A DNA stretch of 62,625 nt, filler included, from Collodictyon triciliatum (lineage: Eukaryota): assembly GCA_043381765.1 (NCBI GenBank). It is 4 parts of 4 records of this genome, joined end to end, with 100 filler letters (N's around TTAATTAATTAA, not from the genome) between each part and the next. Parts side by side here need not be neighbours in the genome. Positions count along the whole stretch, not along the records: positions 24,917 to 39,137 come from JBHJMP010001070.1; positions 39,238 to 56,630 come from JBHJMP010001071.1; 2 more parts are not named here. The stretch is one strand, 5' to 3'. The notes beneath the pieces are model-generated. The model did not search any database. It had not been told where the DNA came from and saw only the letters and a program-made list of their open reading frames with translations. Positions 32,701-53,112 of the stretch are shown here, piece by piece; within the stretch, counting starts at the first letter, position 1, and every line of letters begins with the position of its first letter. Made by a program: the position numbers and the translations under genes.

Positions 32701-35700
32701 TTAGAAAGTGTGTATAATTCTTATTATTTTCAGAATCTGGTGACGTTGCAGTCGAATTGGGATGAATAATGTTTGGAGGTAATGATTCAAGCAAGCCTCA
32801 ACTTACCATTTGGGTCTGGAAACCCAGATAAACCACTGTCTGCTTCTCCATAAATGGCCTCTGCCAACTCAGCAAGATTATTTCGTATTACAGGCTTCGA
32901 TAATGTCACATGACATTTCTCTGTAGCATTGCGCTCTTCATTTATTTGGCCGGTGACCAATTGGCGTAGCAAATTCTGATGAAACTCTAAACAAACAATT
33001 TCCGTGGCATAGCTTTCCATGAAATAGGGTGACTAGTACAACCGGTAATTATAGATCAAAAATCTGATGAATCGATGAACCATGCAGATAGATTCGAAAA
33101 GTATAGTGTTGTTGGGCCTAAGTATGTACCTCAGTGTCGATGGCTGGACGAAGCGCCATCAGGTCAATTATGGACTGAGAAATTTTATGCAGCTCGGCTT
33201 GGTCGAAGGTATGTTCGTACATTTCGAGATAACAATCTAGTATCTGGAAAAGATTTATATCAACGAGTAAGTGTTATTGAATCACGATTTTATGAATGTC
33301 GTTATTATTTATCGTTCCTCTTTCTTTTTTTTTTTTGATTATTTTCTGATTTTCTGTTTTCAAAAATATTCACAAGGTTGAATCAGAGATATGAAAAAAA
33401 AAAACCTTCTTCTTTGCCTCGATAAACCAACATTCACTTTCCATCAGATCTGATATGACACCAACAAAATCCACAACAAAAGAATTCGAATGATCTTTCT
33501 TCTTATTGATAAAGAAAGTCCCAATCTGGAGCATTTCCTGCTGCAGTTTTTTCATGTCATTCAATGCTGAATCTTAAAAGAGAGAGAAAAAAGTCAAAAC
33601 AAAATAGTGTAATCATTGCATCGGAAATATGAATAGTGATGTTTTCTGGGTAAAAGTCTACAAGAGCAAATGCAGAATGCAAAATAAGCTCACCATAAAT
33701 AATTGGAATGGTATTGGAGTCATATACTATAATAAATCCACCACTGGAGTCCATCGAGTAAGTATCCTCTCGGTTAACGTCCAAGTCAAGTTTACCTTTT
33801 ATCACATCCTCATCATCACTTGACGCATCCACTGGAAGTTCAAATACACTGTGTCTAGACAGGTCTGTATCCTTGGAACCCAAGCTGCTATACACGAACG
33901 ACATTTATGTCCAACGTATCATATCGGAACAATGTGTATCTGTCACTAGGGAAATTAAAAAAAAAAGGCCATACTAAGTAATACACAATAGGCCCGAATA
34001 ATTACCCTTCCTGAGAACCCTCCGTCTTTATTGGATTTGAGTGATAGCGCGAATTCTTGACGAAACCATGATGCTGTGGATGTTGAGAGAATAAATAATT
34101 GTATAATATGACGTATGTAAGCAAAACAAGAGAAATCGCCCTCGAAGTTAGGGATTGGTGAAAATTGACACATATTAGCAGATATGACTTAAAAGGGTCT
34201 TTGTAATGCTTCTGACAAACATCCATTGTTATTTTCCTTTCGACTGAACGGAAATAGTTCAGGATTCCCAATATTCTACGACGAAAACCGCGTGCTCGGG
34301 CATGCCGTAGCAATGCAAAAGAGAGCATCGTGTGAGTGGAAACTCCCAAAGATGGAGCCTATGAAAAATATATAAATATGCTTCAAGTAGCAATTTATGA
34401 AAGCGAGTTCTAACTAATTGAAACTTTCAATTCAGAAATCCATAGGAAAATCAAAAAGAAGCTATTGTATATTTCAATCAATCGAAATTACCGGCTCGCT
34501 TTTGGGAGCTGTTGGAGTAGACTTCACTCCTTTCCTATTTATGGACACTGATGTGTTGGAAGCTTGTTGCGGGCCATCTTTTCCATCTTTACTGTTTTGG
34601 AACATACTAGATGCTATGAGAAACTTCTGGGCTTCGTCGACTAATAAGATACATTATTGGGTAAGTATGTAAGACCGGATTTTGTTCATTTGGAGTGGAT
34701 GCTGTGACTGAGAATATTTCAGAGAAACAAAGCAGTTTGATTCACAGGGCAGATAGATTTTATTAATAAAACTCACGGGGCTTTTGTCTATACGAAACAG
34801 AAAGCCGGAGGACATAGCTATCGACGTAATCTTTAATCCTTTTCATTACATACTGGGTTTCATCGTTCTCCAGAAATGAGCATTCTACCTTTAAACTATG
34901 GTCTACTTTGCGTATCTGTGAAATATGTTTTTAATGATAGGTAGAGTAAATAAACATAATAGCCTTGTGTTGAAATTCACTACAGAAAATATGATTTCAG
35001 CTGACTCGTGTAAAGTAAGGAGAAAACTTATTGATTTTTTTTTTTTAGAGAACTGAATTTCATAGCATGATGTATGCCAAAGAGAGAGAGAAATAACGTT
35101 CAATATAAGGTACCTGCTCAAATCGTGCAGTTTGCATTTCTTGATTGTCACTAATTCGAGGTTGCCAAGTGACGTAAGGCATCCAAGAACTCTCCTTTAT
35201 ATATGTCCTGAATGGGTCAGTTTGTCTGTCGCTCTCTTTCCCTATATTTAGAGCTACTTTAGTTTCCGAAACTATTTTCGTGTCTTCCATTTGGTGGTGT
35301 CCGAATGAGTAAATGTGATTCATTCAAAGGGATTTTATCGGCTGCACGAATAGTTTTTAAAAACGTGGAGACCTTTATCACCTTCCCTATCGCTACTTTC
35401 TCCAACAACAGAGTTATGAGGCTTCAGCGAGGATTCGTATGTCATCATGACATTAGCCTCTGACTTGAATTGTGTGTTTTCCAAAAGATAGAATTGTTAA
35501 TATTGGCTGTGTAATATTTACAAAGTATTACTCATGTGTTTAGAATCATCGATTGACAGTATAGTTGGAAACAAGTGGCTTATTGGCATTTACTTGCTCA
35601 TGAAACAGGTTCAGGAAACGTTTGTTCGCTTGATAAAAGAGCTCCAACCCATCACTTTTATCCACTTCGGCAGAAAGCTCGAAATGGGACCTCAGCTCTT

Positions 35701-37803
35701 CCAACTGGCTCAGAATCGATATAGTGTTTGACGAAAGGATAGGCACTCTATTTTTTAAAATAAAATAAAACAATACGATTCATTTCTGAGCTGGACATAT
35801 GCGATTACGAAAGAAAAAAACTAGAGAACGTGTAGATAATATCTTAATCGTGTGATGTAACTATACAGAGGAGTGTTTAATAAAAAAAAAATTACGATGA
35901 ATTCTGATAGCCATTCTCTTTGTCTGCATATTGCTAATGGTTAAAAAGGATAAAAGAAGAGGAAAAGACCGTGAGAAGTTTCAATTCACATAGAATCCTA
36001 TTCAACTGATGCAAACCAAAGATGTAGAATGCAGGAAAGTATGTCAAGCCTTTTTAAGAAGCACTTACTTTCATATGCCTCAACCGGCGATTGATTTCGT
36101 AGCGATTAGTGTAGGGCATCCACTGAACCAAAATTCAAGAACAAAAAGGAGGAATATTGTTTGGGCCCATAGTATAGATATTGGGTAAGATATAGTGCTT
36201 CAATATTTCATTTTACATGTGACTCTTTTTTGTGATATAAAGAAACTTTTGTGTGCAAATGATTTGAAAGTACTTACCTGTATTCGTTTATAAAATTTAT
36301 GCAGCCTTTGAAGAGATGCGCTTGAGTGAAGCTTATGTCGGATAAAAAATTGGATATCCGTGGCGTCAATTATTCCATCATGCATTTGGATTCGACCCTG
36401 GCATTTTGGGAGGGAAAAAAACACCATATTTTACTTGGTGGTTATGCAGGATGCAAATGAAACGGCTGGTTTTATAAGCGGGGGCAGCACTTTGTTACAG
36501 CAAGAACAAGACATGAGAGTAAAATAGAAAAATGTACCTCGTCTGTGTCTTCTCCAACTTCAGCTGGTCGCCCCAAAATACGCTGAACTCGAGTCTTGGT
36601 CATATAGTATTGTAGGTCAACCAGGTTCAATCTATCTCTCATTACTTCATGCAAACGCTCAAAGTCGTCGCAATTTCTGCCTGCAAAGATATTGAATGTG
36701 AATCCACAAACGTACAATTACTGGATTGAAAACAAGCAGTATATGTAGAGTGCATTTGCTGCTGTCTATCATCAACTTAAAAAGATATATCTGAGAGTAC
36801 AATATCAGAGGGATGGAGATTTACAATGTACAGCCCAGCGTAAAAGATGCTTGTATTTCTTTGCGATTAGACTTTTCTCATATCGCAAGAAAAAGTTGGA
36901 GAGGATGTCTTGAAGAACTTCTAGGTTGGAATCCTTAGCGTTGCTTAACTCCACCTATGAACCAATCAGCTATGAATAATATTGATTACGACATTCTCGA
37001 CGAAAAAGTGGAGCTGTCTTCAGGATGGGAAATCGTTTACTAATATTGATTAAATGTCCGTGTATTGTGAGCAATGTAAACATGTATTGGCATCGTTGTG
37101 TATTGTATGAGTGGACCGACTGACGCCGGTATATCGACAAACCTCCATATTTAGAATGTCAGCCTCCATCACAAAGGCAGGTGGCTCAGGAACACGAGAC
37201 ATCATACCCACCGTGCTGATGCGCTCTCTTCGGTATGTCAAGATGTCCTTCAACTCCCTCGGGGTGGATGGAACGAATCCTACGTTCTAATATGACAGGT
37301 AGCTAATAAGTATCTTAAAAAATATGGATGAGGCTAGTTTTCCATCCAAAAAAATCACAGAAATCCAGCAAAATAAAAAGGTAGTCATTAGTAAGAGTGA
37401 GGGGGAAAAGAAAGGATCATATGTGAACTAGTTTATACTTGGTAACCAAGTTTTCTATCTTGCTGTATTATACATAATGGTACACTAAACATCGGGGGTC
37501 CGTTTCGCGACAAGATAGTCAAGTCATTTTACAACAAAACATAAAGCGAAAATAAGAAAGGAAAGGAAAGGAAGCTGCTGTTACTCGCTTTCCGGTCGTT
37601 GGTTCCGATCGGCGCCGCTCGAGTATGTCTGCACTTTGGTTGACAAGATTTTCAAGGCGGTACTCGAGCAGCCGCTGGGAGAGACTTGCATCGTAGTTGC
37701 CCTCCTCAGAGAACGAGAATCCCGTCGGATATTTAGCACGCAGTTCGGCCAACGCGGCCCTTTGCTGGGCGCGGAAAATCTCTGATACGTTTGCAGAGGC
37801 CAT
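24696..37803 (-). CDS. CCDC162: Very large multi-exon coiled-coil protein, CCDC162/DUF4549-like
   Basis: Dozens of short GT-AG exons on the minus strand. Peptides KYKHLLRWA, DIQFFIRHKLHS..IQWMP, RRILGILNYFRSVERKITMD, ISDLMESECWFIEAKKK, YDLIFEIDTLNRKL..KIKREYDDLVRQL and C-terminal heptads resemble CCDC162 as I recall it. The 3' end crosses the gap at 24817-24916 and is uncertain. Confidence 0.62.
24817..24916. other. Assembly gap with artificial six-frame-stop linker (44N-TTAATTAATTAA-44N)
   Basis: The identical construct recurs at 39138-39237 and 56631-56730. Confidence 0.95.
29608..29703 (+). repeat. Poly(A) tract (poly-T on the sense strand) in an intron
   Basis: About 95 consecutive A. 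Confidence 0.95.
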
Positions 37804-38797
37804 TCGAAGCGCTGCGATCGACGGTCGGGTCTTCGGGCGTGGCGATCAGCGGCGGGTGTCTTTCGCGGTCGGCCGGAGGGGTTTGATTGGAGCGGGAGGC
37901 GTTGAGTGCTGATGGCTTCAGGTTTTTAGTTTCACGACGCGCAAGGGTTGGCCAGAGCCGGTTTTGCTTTGGGTTGTTTGTTTGTGTGTGTGTGTGTATG
38001 CGTGTTGTGTTCGAAGCCGATGGAGCGCGTCGTTTGTTGTGTTGACAAAAGAAATATTTTCCACATATAGGTCAACGGTGCGATGCACCACAACTCTTTG
38101 TTCGGTGTGATATCCATTTTGTTTTAACCGGTGATGGGAAAGTGTTAACGCCTCATTCTCTAGACATTATATTACATGATTTTAGAAATTTGATAATTAC
38201 ATTGAAATGCGAATTTACCCAGGCGTTTGCGACTAGAAATTAATTCAAGAAGAATAAACTTATTTATAAATTCCACTTTTGAATTGGGCCTTTGGAAACT
38301 AACCTCCAAGGGAACAACCTTCTTTCCTTGCACGTCCACAATCGAAGGCGAAGATCGGGCAGATCAGATCAGCGCGCAGCAGAAAACAACGCAACAAACA
38401 GAGGAGCAGAGGAACACAAGCTGCAAAGATGTACGAGGCGAAGCGGTCGTTCACATGGGCTGAAGTATCCGAAGAAGAAGAGGTTTCCTTCCCAACTCCC
38501 TTACATACCGGTTTTTTTCGCGTAACCCGTTGTTCGTTGTGTTCGGCCTGCTTGGCGTCGGCTTGTGTGATCCCCGCCTTGAAACAAAGTCCCATTTTAT
38601 CTGAGATGCCATACTGATGTCGATACGCCCCAGAATCTCGATCGAGCAGTGCTGATTGCGGTACAGCAGGAGCTTCATGGCATGCAGCAAGTGATTCGTA
38701 GTGAGGAGCAAGAGCAGGATCCTTTGGGTGTTCTCACGTAAGAAAAGGGGAGACACACATCCAGCCTACTTCTTCGTAGTTTCACCAATATCTGCAT

Positions 38798-46993
<8,196 letters not shown>

Positions 46994-47904
46994 CGCACGC
47001 GACTAACGGGCTGCGAAACACTGGAATATTGAAAATAAGTAATTAAACCACAACTTTTATTGAACAAAAAAAACTATGATGGGGTCTCATCGCCCGAGAC
47101 GGTTGGTTTCGTCCCTCGAGGTATTTCAAGTATGATTAAAGTCGTGTTCTGGTTTGGCAAATAAGAAGCGAAGCAGCAGTTGACAGTGGCGACGATCCTG
47201 AACTATAATCCTTTGGGCTGAAACTTGCTCCTTCTGTAAGGAAATCTATGTACGGACATGGGAGGGTTCCTTCTGGTTTCCCCTCTCAACCTCCTTTTCT
47301 TTCTTTTTCTTTTCTTTCTTCGGTGTGTGTCCGAAGACGACAGCTTCACGCTTCACCAAACACAAACGACTGTCAAAAAAAACTCTGATCACACGCGAAC
47401 CCAGCTGATGGTAAACAGCAGTTATAAAAAGAGCCTCTCGCGCCCAACGAAACTTCTGCTGCAAACAAATAGCTCTTTCGTGCGGGAGGCGATGCGGATT
47501 TATAGCCAAAAGTCAAAGCAAGGCAGCCTTCAAGCCGCGGTTCGGTGGCGAATGTGATACACAGGCAATGACAGAGTTACCATTCGTGATCGAACGCAGC
47601 CGAAAACTCAGAACAGTTGATTCGAACGCGTCTGAATATTCCAGATTTGCAGAACGGTTTTGTGTATATATGGCATCTTGTAGCAGTGTAAAAGGGTGCG
47701 AGACGCTGTTTGGCTGCGAGGAAAACCAAACCCTGAAAAGAAAAAAAAAAGAAGAGCGAAAATTGAAAGATGCCTCTCCTGATTGACAACCAATCCATAT
47801 CTTTGTTTTGTTATATTCCTACTTTTTTTTTTTTGGAAAGTCTTATCTTTCTTTCCCTGTAATTTTATAGCATCTACCGGCAGCGTGTAGGAAGGAGTGG
47901 TGTG

Positions 47905-50900
47905 TCAGTCTGATAGTGGGTCGTATGGTCGTGGCTTTCCCAAGTTTTTCATCATAGCGAGTGTCCCCTGGATCGAATAATTTCGCAAGAGCGGGGCCAA
48001 TAAAGAAGCAGACGAATAATAGAGTATCCAGATAGAGTTCATTCCAATTAGAAATGCAGTAACCCACGCCTTGGAGGCAAGTAGAGTCGACAAAAGGGCC
48101 AAGAAGAAAGAGACAAAGATGACGTACAAACTGGATACCTCCATTTCATTCTCGATTTTCGAGTTGTATGGCTCGTACTGTATTTGTAACCATATCGAGC
48201 CCTGGGGATGAGACAAGTTTATAGATGAATATAACTCAGTGTATATTATCGATATTTGTAACACAAACCAACCTGTATAAGAATGACTAGGAGAAGGTAA
48301 AAAACAGATCGACTAGTGTAAGGAATGACACTCAGCACAAAAGAGAAAGAGAGACGTCGAGCAATTATGACGAACTCCCAATACTTGAATCCCTAGGAAA
48401 AATATATCATCGCAATTAAAGTGAATGTTAAAATAAACCGTGATACGCCATAATTAGGTACCTCTCTATATGGCAGGTAAAGGAATCCATATCGTGCCCT
48501 TGGCTCATGTCCAGGGTCCTCTGGGATTTTTCTCACTTTCCACCAAACAAAAGCTGGTAGTCCAAGAATAAAAAAAATAAAGACAGGAGTGGATATAGCG
48601 ATGAGGCTCTGGTGTTCCGAGCTAGATGGACTACATCGAATCCAGGGTTCATAATTCAGATACCAAGTTTCTTCTCCATCATCATAGACAGTGCACCCGA
48701 AAACACCAAAGATTTCTCTCGCAACGGAGTAGTAAATGAAGAACAAAAGGTTCAAGGTGACAAAAATGGCCTGTTTTTAAATTACAAAAATGTGAGTAAA
48801 GCTGCCTATAACGTATCATAGATAAAATCATATAATTGCGTCTCATTTTAACCTTGTTTTGCTTGTGTCCATATCCAAAATAGTAAGTAACCAATCCAAT
48901 AATGATGAAAAAAGGTATTCTTGCAAAGCTAAACAATAGTAAGTTAAGTGAACTATTTATTCCCAGGGCGCATTGAAGATTGGGAAATTGAATAGAGCTG
49001 ACAGATGATGATACATCGATAAAGGCGTTTGTATCTGTTGACTCAAAAGAACTAGATGAAACGATTGACAGTGTTTGCATGTGGAACATAATGATCCTCA
49101 GATCAGCTAGATATGTAATGGATGTAGCATTAGTATATGTTAAGATAATCTAAATAATGACTATTAATTGAATAAAGGGATAAATTTTGATTAATTGATG
49201 GATATTTACCAGATTTTGTTGTTTCCGACATGTATAGATATATTATGAAAGCAAAAAATCCCATAGATCCAAGAATAAAGGTTGCATAGATAACTCCTTC
49301 ATAGCATCTAACACACGATCTCCCTTGTCGCCCATAGCCATCTAGACATTTTGAACATGCATGCCCTTCATATCCAACTTCGCAAAAATGGACTATCTCA
49401 ACAGTGGTATTCGAATTCGAGGCTTTTTCTGGTATCCATGTATTACACGATGTCGGTTTTGGACAGGCCACAATGAACTTCACTGCGGTCACATTTGGAG
49501 TAGCATAGCAGTACATCAATGAAGTTCCATCGAGACATTCACATTCGCTCGGGCACTGGACACAATTGTCTCCAAATCCAAAATATCCAGGTAGACATTT
49601 GCAAAGTTCAAAATCATAGTACTTTGGATTTAGATCTACTAATGTCTCGACCAATCCATTCCTGGAAACAATCAAAGGACACAAATAATTTTCCCATTCG
49701 TCCTTCAAATTGAATGTTGAGGTGTATTCCATGAATCCAGGCAAAAAATTCGCCCTTCCATGATTCAAGGATGTTACATTCATGCCCATATATTCTAGCT
49801 TCGTAAACTGACGGTAAGATTCAGGAATGCTTCCAACAATGGGATTTCCAGAAAGGTCGAGTGATCTCCAGAGTAATATATTGGGGAGTTCTCCGAGTTT
49901 TGTAATGTTATTCCCCCTCAAACTTACTGTTCTCACATTCATTAGCGCATTAAATATCTTCCAGTTGAATTCTCCATAAACTTGGTTATTATCAAGTAAG
50001 ACGGAATCATAAGACCAACCGAACTGCCCTGTGCCTGTGACAAAAAGAGCACTGATATCGCTAGAAAAAGAATTATATCGTAAATCCAACTCCACCAACA
50101 TGGGCAAGTTCCACAACATAAATGGTATATCTCCTGAAAAATTATTGTGAGATATAGCAAAGAATTTCAACTGGTAGGTTTTCTGAAGGAATTTCGGTAA
50201 TGTACCATTAAACTTGTTCCTTGATAAATTGATATGTTGGATTAATGGAATGTGCCAGTCAGGGTTGATTGGCCCACTAATTTGGTTTTCAGCAATATCC
50301 AATCTGGTGAGCATTGGTATATCGATATTAAGTGATGTATCGGTAAATCCATTTCGGAAAACGACAATCTCTTTCAAACTGGCGCAGTTCACAAAGTTTG
50401 GAATGACGCCTTCAATTTGATTGTCAGATGCCGAGAAATATTCAATATTGGGAGTATGACTTAAATTTGGAAGCGTGCCTGTGGTTTATCGACATTAGAT
50501 GCTTGAATATGTTTGCAAAAGTCATATTTTTAAGCCTCCCAGTGGCAATCATGCAAATGATAGCTGGTAAAAAGAGGTCTAAATCTCTTATCGGAAAAAA
50601 ATCGAAAGAAATAGGAAAAAGTAAAGGAAAATGCAAGTATCACCTATCAATTTGTTGCTATCAACGCGAATGGCCAACATATTTGGAATGCCGGTGAAAT
50701 CTGGTATGGTAGCTAAAAATTGGATAAGCGATGAAGATTTGGAATGTGAAATGTTCAAATATAAATCACCTCTAAATTCGTTGTTACCAAGATAACACCT
50801 AAGCATATAAGGCATATTGCTAAAGTTTGGTATAGATCCTAAGGTTTTTCAAATCAGCTATTTTTTCACATTTCTTTTTGGCATATACACGATATGTCTC

Positions 50901-53112
50901 GTATCAAAGAAAATTTCAAATAAAAGCTTTAATAAAAGATTAAGTCTCCCAAGTTGTGCATATTAGTAGAAATAAGAATCGGTATTGTATCGAAAGCAAA
51001 AAAGAGAAAATATCCAATGGTGAATTTGAAGACCACCTTTTAATTTATTACCACTAAAATCAATCTCTAATACACTGAAAAGGTTCTTAAAGTCCGTAAT
51101 TGTTCCTATAATAATAAAATCATCACGAAAGAGTTCAAAGGCTATTCATAAACAGATTACTCACCGTCTAATTGGTTGATGTGAAGGTAAATAAACTTCG
51201 CATTTGGAATATTGTAGAAGTCAGGGATATTACCTTAAGTAAAAAAAAAGAGGATTAATTACTGTTTATAATCACATCTTTTTTAAATTTTTACTAACCA
51301 GTAAGTAAATTGTGAATCAGGTATATTAATTCAATATTCGGGATATTCTCAAAGTCAGGTATCCCTCCTAATAGTAAAACGAAGGATTTAGAATTAAATT
51401 GAAAAACATGAGGTGACTTGATTTATCCTTACCGGTGAGTTGATTTTCTGACAGATTAATGTTTTCAATGATAGGCATATTCCTGAAATTTGGAATTGTT
51501 CCTAGTGTGATATAGTGCAAGATTGGTGACTACTTTGTGATTTAGTTAAAGAGATCTAATTTCATTCAAACCAAAAATGTTACTCCCAAGAATTGAAAGT
51601 GATTTTGTGTTGGGCAATTTTGAAAAATCTGGTAGATTCCCTAAATTTTGGAACAGTTTTAGCTTCTAATGCACGCAATTGCAGTAAAATGAGGATTACC
51701 TGTAACTTTGTCACTTATACCAATCGAGATGCTTTTTATTAAAGATATTCCCACAAAATCTGGAATAGTCCCCTCTATATCATTTCCTTCAATATATAAA
51801 TCTTCAATCATGAATATTGCCTGAAAGTCTGGAATTGTCCCCCTAATACTGTTATAACCGATATTCAAATATGTTATATCTGGAAAGTAAAAGTCTGGTA
51901 GTTTTCCTGATATTGAGTTGTAACTGAAATCCAGGAATATTAAGAAAGATAGCCTCTCTAGTGTGACAGAAGCAACCTCCATATCACCGTAAAGATTATT
52001 ATTTGGTAATCGAATACCGATAACAGGGCATTCATTATTCTACAAATATAAAGGACAAAAAAAAATATGATTTGTAAATGCTAGCTTATCTTGGTTTCTA
52101 TTTTTATCTGATTGCGTGATATTAAAGTATGAAACTCACCAAGGCGTCTTTATTTGAACAATATTCACTGCAAAAAATTCCAAACCAATCACAAATACTA
52201 ACATTCGTATCATTCCATCCATTATACGAAAACCAATTGTTCCCATCCATTACTATGTAAAATTCGACAAGAGCTTCATATTGACTGGATAAGGTTCCAT
52301 TTCCTTCATTATTTTCATTTTTGATGGAAAATGACTGTTTTTTAGACCCCTGAAATTCCAACACATCAGCCTTTTCTTGGAAATACTCATCTTTGCTCAA
52401 TTCCTCGTGCCCTTTATTGCTCTTGTAGAATTTTTCCTCGTTGTAATAATAACTGCTGCAATCTTCGCGAAGCATATGTGATGAAGTAGTTCTTTCAAAA
52501 TGGTCTCTATTCTGTATCGAGCATGTATCCTCATAATGACTCAACAGAATGTGAAAGGCGTCCTCCATATTCATGCTCAATATTTGATCTTTCGTGAGTC
52601 GACATCTAGTCCTAGAAGTCAAATTTTCAGAGATTCATATACAAAACAATGCAAATAACTAACAAGAAGTATAGGTATAAATATCATTATAATTATAATA
52701 AAGTAGGGTTAGTAATAATAATAGTAATAGCAATAGCAATAGCAATAGTAATAGTAATAGTAATAGTAATAGTAATAGTAATAGCAATAGCAATAGCAAT
52801 AGCAATAGTAATAGTAATAGTAATAGTAATAGTAATAGTAATAGTAATAGTAATAGTAATAGTAATAGTAATAGTAATAGTAATAGTAATAGTAATAGTA
52901 ATAGTAATAGTAATAGTAATAGTAATAGTAATAGTAATAGTAATAGTAATAGTAATAGTAATAGTAATTATACAGAATATGAGCAAAAATTACTCTCCCG
53001 AAGCTGCAGATGACAGGGATGATGCCACAAGAAAATCAGTTGAAATTAATATGGCAATTAACAGCCAATATCTGGATAAAATACATGTTTCATTAAAAAT
53101 CCTCGCTATCAT
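47905..53112 (-). CDS. Receptor-like protein: signal peptide, plant-type LRRNT and many LRRs, Cys-rich EGF/furin-like region, multi-TM (about 7-8) C-terminal domain
   Basis: LRRNT: EALVEFY..W..GW..CDWFGIFC. LRRs follow the LxxLDxSxNxxxGxIPDF pattern. Cys-rich region: CKCLPGYFG..C..CP..C.C and CEVGYEGHACSKCLDGYGR..C..C. TM region contains FGCT, WYLNYEPWIRC, YGFLYLPY..YWEFVIIARR, YEPY..IEN.ME. Stop is TGA 47905. The first exon is tentative. Confidence 0.85.
52712..52968. repeat. (AGTAAT/AGCAAT)n hexamer microsatellite in the first intron of the LRR receptor
   Basis: Direct repeat. Confidence 0.95.

Noticed and set aside
47100-47790. GC-richer stretch with short ORFs (also 15650-16050, 24020-24340, 56050-56480)
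   Set aside because: No recognisable motifs or consistent splice structure. Most lie just upstream of gene starts and are best read as promoter or UTR sequence.
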